From Pseudoalteromonas tetraodonis (lineage in GTDB: Bacteria > Pseudomonadota > Gammaproteobacteria > Enterobacterales > Alteromonadaceae), in the NCBI RefSeq assembly GCF_002310835.1, contig NZ_CP011041.1, forward strand, positions 210,001-242,000: DNA of 32,000 nt, in the 5' to 3' direction. Positions 1 to 11,522 of the stretch are shown one piece after another. Both the position numbers and the translations under genes were made by a program. Below the pieces are notes generated by a model that saw only the letters and a list, made by a program, of their open reading frames with translations, had not been told where the DNA came from and searched no databases. Every line of letters begins with the position of its first letter. The stretch's first letter is position 1.

Positions 1-407
1 TTTACTTCGTATTTTTGCGCTTGAATATTACCGAGTCTAAAAATTTGCTGTACCAATAAGGGGAGTTGTGGTTTACCTACCTCGTCATAGTTGGCGTGAG
101 TTAAATCAACCGGTTGTCCTGTTTTTGGGTGATATACCTTTAAACCAAATGCCCCAATCATCATAAAAATATGTTCTTCAATGTAGTTGAAAACATACTG
201 TGCAGTGGTTTGTTGAATATGTTTTAATTGTTCTGCGTATTCAGGATGATTGTTTAAGTATAAGTCGTGGCTATCTTTTTTATTAAGGTCAACACCGCCC
301 GATGTCATCCCTTGTTTAATATGCGGGCTTTGAGAAAAGGTAGTGATAAAGTTATCGCAAAATTCATTACTGAGCGCGTTGTCATACACGCGGATAAAGT
401 CCGTCAT
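1..407 (-). CDS. Hypothetical protein, N-terminal 135 codons only because the ORF runs off the left edge. Possibly 2OG-Fe(II) oxygenase superfamily.
   Basis: The reverse complement has an ATG at 407-405 preceded by AGGT. The frame stays open to position 3 and reads MTDFIRVYDNALSNEFCDNFITTFSQSPHIKQG...LGNIQAQKYEV. It is absent from the ORF track because no stop lies in the window. The N-terminal (I/V)YDNxL..E.CD pattern resembles small 2OG oxygenases. The catalytic HxD...H region would lie outside the window. Confidence 0.6.
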   Translation of the reverse strand, partial: MTDFIRVYDNALSNEFCDNFITTFSQSPHIKQGMTSGGVDLNKKDSHDLYLNNHPEYAEQLKHIQQTTAQYVFNYIEEHIFMMIGAFGLKVYHPKTGQPVDLTHANYDEVGKPQLPLLVQQIFRLGNIQAQKYEV

Positions 408-438
408 GAGTTACCTGTTTAATTATTATTGGATTATT

Positions 439-837
439 ATGTTTACTGAAAAAGTGATGCCGCGTTTTAGCGAAACGGATGCACTCGGACACATCAACAA
501 TACCGTACTCCCCGTATGGTTTGAAGCGGCCCGAGTACCTATTTTTAAATTTTTTACGCCTGATCTAAATCCACACAACTGGAAGTTAATCATTGCTAAA
601 GTAGAAGTGTCGTTTGTTGGCGAACTATTTTATGCCCATGAGGTGACAATTAACACCAGCATAGAGCAGATTGGCAATAGTTCATTTGTGATCCGCCAAG
701 AAGCATGGCAGCAAGATAAGTGCTGCGCCATTGGTAAAACGGTGATGGTACGTTATGACTTTGCTAGTAAAACAAAGCAACTACTTTCGACTGATGAAAA
801 AGCCGCATTAACACAGCACCTTGTAGCAGTTAGTTAA
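439..837 (+). CDS. Acyl-CoA thioesterase, 4HBT/YbgC-like hotdog fold
   Basis: The ORF is 343..837. The start homologous to other family members is MFTEKVMPRFSETDALGHINNTVLPVWFEAARV at ATG 439. The SETDxxGHxNN plus Y/W-F-E-x-A-R motif is typical of the 4HBT thioesterase N-terminus. Confidence 0.8.
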   Translation: MFTEKVMPRFSETDALGHINNTVLPVWFEAARVPIFKFFTPDLNPHNWKLIIAKVEVSFVGELFYAHEVTINTSIEQIGNSSFVIRQEAWQQDKCCAIGKTVMVRYDFASKTKQLLSTDEKAALTQHLVAVS

Positions 838-844
838 TCGCAGC

Positions 845-2347
845 TTAACTATGACAAGCAGGATGTTTAGTTAAATATTGCCCCAAGGCAATGACTTGTT
901 TTTCAGTAAAGCGCAGCCCAAGCTTTGTTCGTCGCCAAAGTATATCTGCGCTGGTTCTTGCCCATTCATGGTTTACTAAGTAATCAACTTCTTGCGCATA
1001 AAGACCATGACCAAAGTGATAACCTAAATCGCCGATTGCTTGGCTGTTCCCCAGTAATTGATAACTAAGCGTGCCATAGCTGCGAACCATACGTTTTAAG
1101 GTGTCGATTGCCAGCCAAGGGTAGCTGCTTTCTAACTGTGCGCTAAGGTATGCTTGGTTACTAAAGTCACCGCCTGGTAAAGGGGCATCTTTCGTCCATG
1201 AGCCACTCATTTGTGGGTAAAAAGGCGCTAACTTATTGACGGCATTTTCTGCAAGCTTTCTATAAGTGGTAATTTTGCCACCAAACACACTTAATAATGG
1301 AGCATAATCAGCTTCATTATTTAATATCAGTTTGTAATCGCGGGTCACCGCTTGGGCATCTGTTGATTTGTCATCTAACAGCGGGCGCACGCCACTAAAC
1401 GTGTGCACAATATCCGCTTCGCTTATTGGCTTTTTAAAGTAATGATTAGTAATACTGATGAGATACTCGATTTCTTGCTCACTAATTTTTACATCAGCAA
1501 TATCGCCGGTGTACTCTTCATCTGTGGTGCCAATCAGTGAGTAATCTTGCTCATAAGGAATGACAAATACAATGCGGTTATCTTCATTTTGTAAAATATA
1601 GGCAACTGGCTCATCGTGGAGTCGGGGCACTACAATATGACTGCCTTTCACAAGGCGAATAGTGTGCGGTGTGGGCTGGGTAAATACATCTTCAAATAAT
1701 GACGCGACCCATGGGCCTGTGGCATTTACAACACTTTTTGCCTTTATATTTAGGTGCTGCTTGCTGGCTTGTTGCTCTAAAATCACATCCCAATAATCTG
1801 CGTTACGCGTTGCTTTAATGCAGCGGGTGCGTGTTGCAATGGTGGCGCCTAAATTATGAGCCGCTTGGGCGTTTAAAATCACTAAACGCGCGTCATCAAC
1901 CCAGCCGTCTGCGTATTCAAAGCCTTGGGTAATGCTGCTGTTAAGAACGCTATCGCTGTTAAACTCAATCGCCTTTGAAGCGGGTAAAGTATTACGCTTG
2001 GCTAGGTGGTCGTAAATAAATAACCCCACACGAATCATCCAAGAAGGACGTAAGTGTGCTTGGTGCGGCAGTCGAAAAGACAGTGGCCACATAATATGCG
2101 GCGCTTTTTTTAATAGCACTTCACGTTCACGTAATGCCTCTCTTACCAATCTAAATTGATAATTCTCTAAATAGCGTAGCCCGCCATGAATAAGCTTGCT
2201 GCTATTAGAGGAGGTGGCTGAGGCTAAATCGTTTTGCTCACACAATAATACTTTTAAACCGCGACCACTGGCATCGGCAGCAATGCCAGCGCCGTTAATA
2301 CCGCCGCCAATAATGAGTAAGTCATATTCGTTGTCGTGTGCGCTCAT
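845..2347 (-). CDS. glpD: Aerobic glycerol-3-phosphate dehydrogenase (FAD)
   Basis: 500 aa. N-terminal FAD fold DLLIIGGGINGAGIAADASGRGLKVLLCEQNDLASATSSNSSKLIHGGLRYLE matches GlpD closely. It lies 5 nt downstream of glpK on the same strand. Confidence 0.95.
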   Translation of the reverse strand: MSAHDNEYDLLIIGGGINGAGIAADASGRGLKVLLCEQNDLASATSSNSSKLIHGGLRYLENYQFRLVREALREREVLLKKAPHIMWPLSFRLPHQAHLRPSWMIRVGLFIYDHLAKRNTLPASKAIEFNSDSVLNSSITQGFEYADGWVDDARLVILNAQAAHNLGATIATRTRCIKATRNADYWDVILEQQASKQHLNIKAKSVVNATGPWVASLFEDVFTQPTPHTIRLVKGSHIVVPRLHDEPVAYILQNEDNRIVFVIPYEQDYSLIGTTDEEYTGDIADVKISEQEIEYLISITNHYFKKPISEADIVHTFSGVRPLLDDKSTDAQAVTRDYKLILNNEADYAPLLSVFGGKITTYRKLAENAVNKLAPFYPQMSGSWTKDAPLPGGDFSNQAYLSAQLESSYPWLAIDTLKRMVRSYGTLSYQLLGNSQAIGDLGYHFGHGLYAQEVDYLVNHEWARTSADILWRRTKLGLRFTEKQVIALGQYLTKHPACHS

Positions 2348-2352
2348 AGATT

Positions 2353-3858
2353 TTACTCACTCTCGCCGTCAGTGCTATTAGAAAGTCTAACTTGTGCAAT
2401 GCAATGTAGCCACTTTGCATATAAATCGTTGCGCTCTTCACTGCTCATGGTCGGTTCAAAACGATGATCGCTTTTCCACATGCTGGCAAGCTGCGCAGTT
2501 GATTTATACACCCCAGTTTGCAAACCGGCTAAGTAAGCAACCCCTAACGAAGTGGTTTCGGTTAGAGTAGGGCGCTCAACGCTTGCGCCTAAAATATTGG
2601 CTAAAAACGCCATTGCCCAATTATTGTTTGCCATGCCGCCATCAACTCTTAGAATACTAGGGCGGAGTCCGTCGCCTTCCATGGCTTTTTGTAGATCTTT
2701 GGTTTGATAACCCACCGACTGCAAGGCAGCTGCAACAATAGTGCTAATGCCTGAGTCTCGGGTTAAGCCCAAAATTGCGCCTCGGGCATTTGCATCCCAA
2801 TAGGGCGCACCTAAGCCTGTAAACGAGGGAACCAAGAATACCCCATGATCCAAGGGAACATCTTTGACGAGAGCTTCACTTTCTCCCGCGTTTTCTAATA
2901 ACTTTAAGCCTTCTACTATCCACTGCATGGTGGCACCAGCCATAAAAATACTGCCTTCAATCGCATAGGTGGGTTTGCCGTTGAGCCGATACGCAAGAGT
3001 GGTTAATAAACGATTATTTGATTTTAGTGCTTTATCACCAGTGTTAAGCATTAAAAAGCAGCCCGTTCCGTAAGTACTTTTTGCCATTCCTTCTTCAAAA
3101 CAAGCTTGACCAATTAAGGCGGCTTGTTGATCGCCTGCTATACCGCAAATTGGAATTTCACCACCAAATAGCTCGCTTGCAGTCACCCCAAAGTCAGCCG
3201 CTGAGTCCATTACCTCAGGTAGTATCGACGCTGGAATATCAAATAAGGCGAGTAAGTCTTCATCCCAGCATTGCTGATGAATGTTAAACAGTAATGTACG
3301 AGAGGCATTGGTAGCATCGGTTTTGTGAGCTTTACCGTTAGTGAGTTGCCATAGCAAGTAGGTATCTATCGTACCAAATGCTAGTTCACCTGCGTGTGCT
3401 TGCTCTTTAGCGCCTTTGACGTTATCTAAAATCCAACGAATTTTGGTTGCAGAAAAGTAAGGATCGAGCACTAAACCGGTTTTATCATTCACCATTTGTG
3501 TATGCCCTGCATGACGTAAACTATCGCAATATTCACTGGTGCGTCGGTCTTGCCACACAATCGCATTGTAGATAGGTTGCCCGGTTTTTTTATTCCACAC
3601 TAAGGTGGTTTCTCGTTGGTTAGCAATGCCAATGGCAATAATGTCGGCGGCAGTGACTTGTTGCTGCGATAATACACTTTTAACGCTGCTTAATACGGTT
3701 TGCCAAATATCTACAGGGTCATGTTCAACCCAACCATTTTTCACAAAGTGTTGAGGGAAGGTTTGTTGAGCCGTGTCAAAAACCTCGGCATCTTTAGTGT
3801 ATAAAATAGCTCGAGAGCTTGTCGTTCCTTGGTCAATCGAGAGTATGTATTTAGACAT
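2353..3858 (-). CDS. glpK: Glycerol kinase
   Basis: 501 aa. [20 protein letters not shown]...WVEHDP...[28 protein letters not shown] is the canonical FGGY/GlpK signature along the full length. Confidence 0.96.
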   Translation of the reverse strand: MSKYILSIDQGTTSSRAILYTKDAEVFDTAQQTFPQHFVKNGWVEHDPVDIWQTVLSSVKSVLSQQQVTAADIIAIGIANQRETTLVWNKKTGQPIYNAIVWQDRRTSEYCDSLRHAGHTQMVNDKTGLVLDPYFSATKIRWILDNVKGAKEQAHAGELAFGTIDTYLLWQLTNGKAHKTDATNASRTLLFNIHQQCWDEDLLALFDIPASILPEVMDSAADFGVTASELFGGEIPICGIAGDQQAALIGQACFEEGMAKSTYGTGCFLMLNTGDKALKSNNRLLTTLAYRLNGKPTYAIEGSIFMAGATMQWIVEGLKLLENAGESEALVKDVPLDHGVFLVPSFTGLGAPYWDANARGAILGLTRDSGISTIVAAALQSVGYQTKDLQKAMEGDGLRPSILRVDGGMANNNWAMAFLANILGASVERPTLTETTSLGVAYLAGLQTGVYKSTAQLASMWKSDHRFEPTMSSEERNDLYAKWLHCIAQVRLSNSTDGESE

Positions 3859-3883
3859 AAAAAATAGTGTTGTTTAATTTAGA

Positions 3884-3902
3884 TAAAGACAGCTTGTCTT
3901 TA
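3884..3902. promoter_or_regulatory. Perfect 8+3+8 palindrome TAAAGACA-GCT-TGTCTTTA in the glpK upstream region. Candidate operator or leader hairpin.
   Basis: Read directly. It lies 26-44 nt upstream of the glpK ATG (3858, minus strand). It is downstream of a perfect minus-strand TATAAT, which is the reverse complement of 3944-3949. Confidence 0.4.
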
Positions 3903-3990
3903 AGCTAAACGAATAGCAATGCTTTTGCACCATAATGGTTAAAATTATAGATGAGCGAAAGGTAGGAGAGGGAGGTGAACACTCAATTCT

Positions 3991-4014
3991 GGCGCCTACA
4001 ATTTTATAGGCGCC
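3991..4014 (-). terminator. Hairpin GGCGCCTA-N8-TAGGCGCC downstream of the DUF465 gene. Weak terminator candidate with no clear U-tract.
   Basis: An 8-bp GC-rich inverted repeat lies 13 nt after the stop of the 4027..4269 (-) ORF. The flanks are not T-rich on the minus strand, so function is uncertain. Confidence 0.3.
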
Positions 4015-4026
4015 AAATAACAACAA

Positions 4027-4269
4027 TTAATTAGCATCCGTTAATTGTTGATGTAGCCAATCTTTTAATACCATTCGGTCGTGTTTTAACTGCTGCATGG
4101 CTTCGTCATCGATAGGTGAGTCTTGTAGCTCAAGTACTCGAATTTCTTTATCGATTTCATTGTATTGTTTTGCTTTGGTTGCAAAGTTTTCATCGTTTGC
4201 ATTAAGTTTTGCAATAGTTTGCGTGTAATCAGGAAAATCTTTAGTTAATGAATGGTCTTCGCCTAACAT
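4027..4269 (-). CDS. YdcH/DUF465-family small protein
   Basis: 80 aa. Strong SD (AAGGAG, 6-nt spacing). The pattern ...FxxxxxxYxxLDxEIxxxE...DDxxxxxLKxxRLxLKDxL typifies DUF465 proteins. Confidence 0.75.
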   Translation of the reverse strand: MLGEDHSLTKDFPDYTQTIAKLNANDENFATKAKQYNEIDKEIRVLELQDSPIDDEAMQQLKHDRMVLKDWLHQQLTDAN

Positions 4270-4500
4270 AGGTTACTCCTTAAATGGCTGTTGCATAATG
4301 CACGTCACGTTATATAAAAATGATCAGTGACTTGGGGTGTCCCCATACAACAGAGCTTGGGCTGATCTAAAATAAATCAACCGTTATTGGTTGTTAGTGT
4401 GTCTATTTATGTTTGCTGGGCTGCAAAACACTGACACCTGCAAAGGCTTCAGTTAGAATATGCCTGCGACAGGCCCTAATTACTTTGAGTACTTTATTAC

Positions 4501-5082
4501 ATGCTTTTAATGATCGATAACTACGACTCGTTCACCTATAACTTGGTACAGTATTTTCAGCGCTTAGATCAAGACGTGTTGGTAAAACGTAACGACCAAA
4601 TAACGCTGAGTGAGATCAAACAGTTAAACCCAGATCATATTGTGATTTCTCCAGGGCCTAAAAACCCGACTGAAGCGGGAGTGTCGTTATCTGTGGTAGA
4701 GCAGTTTAAAGGAGTTTATCCTATATTAGGTATTTGTTTGGGGCACCAAACCATTGCTCAAGTGCTAGGTGGTAAAGTAGTGCGAGCTAAACAGGTTATG
4801 CATGGAAAAACATCGCCTATTTATCATCAGCACCAAGGCATGTTTAAAGGCCTACCTAATCCACTTACGGTGTGCCGCTACCATTCATTAATTGTTGAAG
4901 CGCACTCATTGCCAAAGGAGTTAGAAGTAACAGCATGGACTCAAAGCATCGCTGGGCAGCGTGATGAAATTATGGGATTATTACATAACGAGCTCGCACT
5001 TGAAGGTGTGCAATTTCACCCTGAAGCGATTTTGACCGAGCAGGGCTTAGCTTTACTTGATAACTTTTTAACGCGCTTCTAG
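4501..5082 (+). CDS. pabA: Aminodeoxychorismate/anthranilate synthase component II (glutamine amidotransferase)
   Basis: 193 aa. [19 protein letters not shown]...ISPGP...GICLGHQ...HGKTS...RYHSL...GVQFHPE is collinear with E. coli PabA, including the Cys-His-Glu triad context. It is a stand-alone gene near argD, as pabA is in E. coli. Confidence 0.88.
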   Translation: MLLMIDNYDSFTYNLVQYFQRLDQDVLVKRNDQITLSEIKQLNPDHIVISPGPKNPTEAGVSLSVVEQFKGVYPILGICLGHQTIAQVLGGKVVRAKQVMHGKTSPIYHQHQGMFKGLPNPLTVCRYHSLIVEAHSLPKELEVTAWTQSIAGQRDEIMGLLHNELALEGVQFHPEAILTEQGLALLDNFLTRF

Positions 5083-5127
5083 GCTTATACCTGCAAGCTA
5101 TTTACTTTTTGCCCTAAGATAGAGCTT

Positions 5128-6288
5128 ATGACCGACATATTGCAGCAACAGCGTATTGTTAATGTGCTAAACCAACGAGCGCATGATTTGCTACTGGGTC
5201 ATAGTTTTGCCAATCAGCAAATTGGTTTTATTCATACCTTAGATCTTAATGACGGCAAACCCGTTAAAAAACGCACCTTATTAGAAGTAGAAGTAGCTGC
5301 GCAGCAAAAGCGCCAACAAAAAAGCTCTTCACATCAAAAGTTACAGGCTAAAACCAGTCAAAAACTCCATACCGTTATTGAAAGCGTGATTGCTAAACGT
5401 CTTGAAGACATCGATTTTGTGATTAAAGACACCATTGGCATAGAAGATAACGTGTGCGCCATACTCGATATACTGGCTACTCGCGCCGCCTCGGTTGGCC
5501 GTCTAGAGCCGCTAATTAACGATTTAAGTTGGTTGGGGCGAGAGCTGGTTACCTTAGTTAATTTACCTTTTTATCGTAAGCAACGCAGTAAAGGCACCTC
5601 AGTCAAAGTAGATACCCCAGCGTTGGCATTACGTTATTTGGGCTTAGACAACCTGCAACTGGTAGTGCCTACTTTTGCAGTGCGTCATTGGATGCCACAT
5701 AGCACAGAACCATTCACGTTATTAAAACGCAGGTTAAAAGACAACACCATGTCGTGTGCCATTGCAGCGCAAACGCTTGCCCAGCTTAACGGGGTAAACC
5801 CAATGCATGCGTTTACATTGGGCATGTTACTGAATGTAGGGCAAATTGCTTTAGTGCGCTTATACCTAAAAGTGTTTGATCAGGTATGGCAGCGCAAAGT
5901 ACTGCGTGCTCGTGAAGAAGGTGATAAAAACCTACACACCGCGTTATTAGAGCTAAAACCAGATCCGTTATTTTTAACAACACTGCTACACGAAAAATCA
6001 CTGCTTGTCAGCGCCAAGGTCATTGAAACCATGTCGTTCAAATATTTGCCCTTTAACAGTGTTATGCAGCAGTTAGTGAATGGGGTTGAAAAGGGCGATA
6101 GTTTATTGCCATTATCGCAAGTGATTTTAAAGGCTCGCTGTTATTCTCAATATTTAAATTTAAAAGAGCACCAGCTGATTGAAGACGATGAATTACAAAG
6201 CTGGTTTAGCTATTATCAGTTCACTAAAAAAGAGTTAGATACCCTAAAAACAGGTAATTTTACTAATTTGGCACTTCAAATTGATTAA
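5128..6288 (+). CDS. HDOD-domain signalling protein (putative)
   Basis: 386 aa. The central and C-terminal region (ALALRYLGLDNLQLVV...MSCAIAAQTLAQL...AFTLGMLLNVGQIALVRLY) resembles HDOD domains. The N-terminal part has a Q/K-rich low-complexity stretch. Confidence 0.6.
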   Translation: MTDILQQQRIVNVLNQRAHDLLLGHSFANQQIGFIHTLDLNDGKPVKKRTLLEVEVAAQQKRQQKSSSHQKLQAKTSQKLHTVIESVIAKRLEDIDFVIKDTIGIEDNVCAILDILATRAASVGRLEPLINDLSWLGRELVTLVNLPFYRKQRSKGTSVKVDTPALALRYLGLDNLQLVVPTFAVRHWMPHSTEPFTLLKRRLKDNTMSCAIAAQTLAQLNGVNPMHAFTLGMLLNVGQIALVRLYLKVFDQVWQRKVLRAREEGDKNLHTALLELKPDPLFLTTLLHEKSLLVSAKVIETMSFKYLPFNSVMQQLVNGVEKGDSLLPLSQVILKARCYSQYLNLKEHQLIEDDELQSWFSYYQFTKKELDTLKTGNFTNLALQID

Positions 6289-6634
6289 ATCTGTTAATTT
6301 TTTTGCGACTATTCATTCACTTTAATTCTACTTATTCATGTGCAGTTGATTTATAAGCGCCATGCTTTTTTCGTTGTAGAGGCGCTCACTAAGGTAAATG
6401 CACATCATAATTAGCTCTCAAATAGTTATTCACTATCTATGAAATAATATCTTAAGCCCTTTATTTTAAAGGGGTACATGAAAGTTTTTGAAGAGACATC
6501 CCCCTAAATTTCTGAAATAATGAGCGCCTGAAAATTGAACCACAACGTAGTTTCAGGCAAATATACAGCTATTAATTTTTGCCGGCACATTTGGTTATTA
6601 ACAATAATCACACCCCTATTCTACTGCTTTGTGA

Positions 6635-7864
<1,230 letters not shown>

Positions 7865-7948
7865 TTGCTAATTCAACTTCTTTAGGGGCAAACGTAGTTT
7901 GCCTTGCAGTTCCTATTTACCGTTATATATAAGGGAGTAAGCGGATTC

Positions 7949-8965
7949 ATGATGATCCTTCGCCCAATCCAAAAAAGTGATTATGCAGCTTTAGTAACCA
8001 TCGCCGACGAGTCGGGACATGGCTTTACTTCTTTGCCTAATAATGAAGAGTTATTACAAAAGAAGATAGCGCATTCAGTTAACTCATTTACAAAAACGAC
8101 ATCACAACCAGGTGATGAGGGTTACTTATTTGTTCTTGAAGATACTGAAACTGGTGAAGTAGTCGGTACTTCAGGTATTGAAGCCGCAGTTGGCTTAGAT
8201 GACGCATTTTATCATTATCATTTGAGTAAAGTGATTCACTCTTCGCGCACGCTAGATGTGTATAAAGCGGTAGATATTCTCACCCTTTGTAATGACTACA
8301 CTGGGGCGACAGAGCTGTGCACACTGTTTTTAAAAAACGGCTATCGTAAAAATTGTAACGGTAAGCTGCTTTCAAAAGCACGTTTTATGTTTATAAAACA
8401 GCATCAACAACGCTTTGCACAAACCGTTATTGCAGAAATGCGCGGTGTATCTGACGAAAACGGTAGTAGCCCATTTTGGCAGTGGCTTGAAGAGCACTTT
8501 TTCTCTATGGACTTCCCAACGGCAGATTATCTGACGGGAATAGGGCAAAAAGTATTTATTGCTGAGCTTATGCCTAAATACCCAATTTACGTCAACTTAT
8601 TGAGTAAAGACGCGCAAGCGGTTATAGGTCAAGTGCATGACAATACGCGCCCTGCAATTCAACTATTAAAAAGTGAAGGTTTTACTTTTAATGGTTACGT
8701 TGACATTTTTGATGCGGGCCCAACCGTTGAAGCAAAAGTAGATAACATTGCGACAATTCGCAATGCACAAAACTTTAGCGTTGAAATTGGCGAAATGACA
8801 GGCGATACCATGGTGTTGTTAGCCAATGACAAACTTGAAGACTTTAGAGCAACAGTAGCGCCAATGGCATTTGACGAGCGATCAAACAGCCTAGTGCTTA
8901 CGCAAGAACTTGCTGATGCATTACATTTGAAATCGGGCGATTTTGTTACTGCTACCCCAGTTTAA
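7949..8965 (+). CDS. astA: Arginine N-succinyltransferase
   Basis: The ORF is 7904..8965. Start chosen at ATG 7949 (MMILRPIQKSDYAAL), matching E. coli AstA MMVIRPVERSD, with SD AAGGGAG 11 nt upstream. Conserved blocks include ELCTLFL, AEMRG, SPFW and FIAELMPK.PIY. Confidence 0.92.
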   Translation: MMILRPIQKSDYAALVTIADESGHGFTSLPNNEELLQKKIAHSVNSFTKTTSQPGDEGYLFVLEDTETGEVVGTSGIEAAVGLDDAFYHYHLSKVIHSSRTLDVYKAVDILTLCNDYTGATELCTLFLKNGYRKNCNGKLLSKARFMFIKQHQQRFAQTVIAEMRGVSDENGSSPFWQWLEEHFFSMDFPTADYLTGIGQKVFIAELMPKYPIYVNLLSKDAQAVIGQVHDNTRPAIQLLKSEGFTFNGYVDIFDAGPTVEAKVDNIATIRNAQNFSVEIGEMTGDTMVLLANDKLEDFRATVAPMAFDERSNSLVLTQELADALHLKSGDFVTATPV

Positions 8966-10450
<1,485 letters not shown>

Positions 10451-10479
10451 TCGATTTTTTAAACTAGTAATAAATCACT

Positions 10480-10507
10480 AAAAAAGCAGCTTCGGCTGCT
10501 TTTTTTG
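10480..10507 (+). terminator. Rho-independent terminator after astD
   Basis: AAAAAGCAGC-TTCG-GCTGCTTTTTTT: a GC stem, TTCG tetraloop and T-run, 30 nt after the astD stop. Confidence 0.8.
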
Positions 10508-10587
10508 TACTGCAATCTCACAAAGCTAGCAATTATCAGTGCTTTCTGCTTAAATTAAGCAACCAGTATTTTTGAGGTAAGTAGACA

Positions 10588-10926
10588 ATGGTTTTAAACA
10601 GGCAAGGGTACGATGACTTAATAATGTACCTAACTCAGAACTTAGCGTTGTTTGAAAAACCAGGTGAAATAAAGCCAGGTGCACCAACGGTTATTGAGTT
10701 AATTGAAGATGTAATTGCCGAAAATGTCATACGCATTTGTCAACAACACCCCGATCTATCTACAGAGCAGCGTAGTCAAATTGTACGCGAAGTTGATGGC
10801 ATTGTTTACGACTTACAAGAAGTACTCAGCAGTGTGACTTCTCACACCGTCACAGTCGAACAGCATGCTTTTATTGATGAGTTTGCAGGGCTAGTCAAAA
10901 ACTTATTTGATAACGCTATTAGTTAA
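10588..10926 (+). CDS. Hypothetical acidic protein, unknown function
   Basis: 112 aa. GAGGT SD about 9 nt upstream of the ATG. No motif I can assign. It lies between a strong terminator and the OsmC-like gene. Confidence 0.6.
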   Translation: MVLNRQGYDDLIMYLTQNLALFEKPGEIKPGAPTVIELIEDVIAENVIRICQQHPDLSTEQRSQIVREVDGIVYDLQEVLSSVTSHTVTVEQHAFIDEFAGLVKNLFDNAIS

Positions 10927-11021
10927 TATTTCCCCCTTTAAAACCACGCTTTATTCGCTATTTAATTTTAAATGCGCGCGAGTGTCTGCGTGTAATGAAT
11001 ATAAATTATTGAGATAAAACA

Positions 11022-11435
11022 ATGCAAGCAAATGTAAAATGGGTTGAAGGTAATACTTACATCGGTCGCTCTAACAGCAATCATAATGTCGTGTTTGATG
11101 CGGGCAGTGACGGAGCAGCACCTAGCCCAATGGAAATGGTATTGATGTCGGTTGGTGGTTGTTCATCGGTTGATGTGGTGAGTATTTTAAAAAAAACTAA
11201 GCAAGAGTTCTCATCAGTAGATGTGCAGTTAACCGCTGAACGAGCAGAAACAGCCCCGCGCGTGTTCACCAAAATTAATTTACACTTTGTTGTAACCGGT
11301 AATAATGTGTCTGAAAAGCACCTAGAAAGAGCGGTTTCGCTTTCGGCAGAAAAGTATTGTTCAGTTGCATTAATGCTTGATAAAACAGTAGAAATTACCC
11401 ACAGCCATGAAGTTGTTCAAGATCAGGGAAAATAA
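11022..11435 (+). CDS. OsmC/Ohr-family protein (YhfA-like)
   Basis: 137 aa. Contains SPMEMVLMSVGGCSSVDVVSILKK and a C-terminal SAEKYCSVALML, the two conserved Cys contexts of the OsmC family. Confidence 0.8.
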   Translation: MQANVKWVEGNTYIGRSNSNHNVVFDAGSDGAAPSPMEMVLMSVGGCSSVDVVSILKKTKQEFSSVDVQLTAERAETAPRVFTKINLHFVVTGNNVSEKHLERAVSLSAEKYCSVALMLDKTVEITHSHEVVQDQGK

Positions 11436-11522
11436 CGCTTTTTCCGTGAGTAAAATTCGTATAAAATCCGCGAACTTTTCATTCTGCAGGTGCAGATTTC
11501 ACTAATTTATAGGTTGGTTTAT

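Noticed and set aside
343-438. N-terminal extensions offered by the ORF track: 343..438 for the thioesterase, 7904..7948 for astA, 11490..11522 for speD and 13736..13801 for the M24 peptidase.
   Set aside because: Homologue N-termini (AstA MM.IRP, Spe[10 protein letters not shown]), SD placement and a proper signal peptide all support the downstream starts. The extensions encode odd hydrophobic or Cys-rich peptides.
831-851. Inverted repeat TAGTTAA-TCGCAGC-TTAACTA that includes both convergent stop codons (thioesterase and glpD), considered as a shared terminator.
   Set aside because: It is a 7-bp, entirely A/T-dominated stem without U-tracts. It is probably a by-product of two facing TAA stops, and termination activity is doubtful.
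4292-4302. Small palindrome TGCAT-A-ATGCA upstream of the DUF465 gene, considered as an operator.
   Set aside because: It is only 11 bp, and such a palindrome is expected by chance in AT-rich intergenic DNA. There is no second copy or supporting context.
6478-6507. A 9-codon mini-ORF (MKVFEETSP) with an AGGGG upstream, considered as a leader peptide for arg/ast attenuation.
   Set aside because: It contains no Arg codons, and no alternative terminator/antiterminator structures are coupled to it.
6581-6600. A sigma54-like GGCAC element (ccGGCACatttggttat) upstream of argD.
   Set aside because: The -12 GC is missing at the required 12-nt offset from the GG (TA is found instead), so it does not fit TGGCAC-N5-TTGCW.
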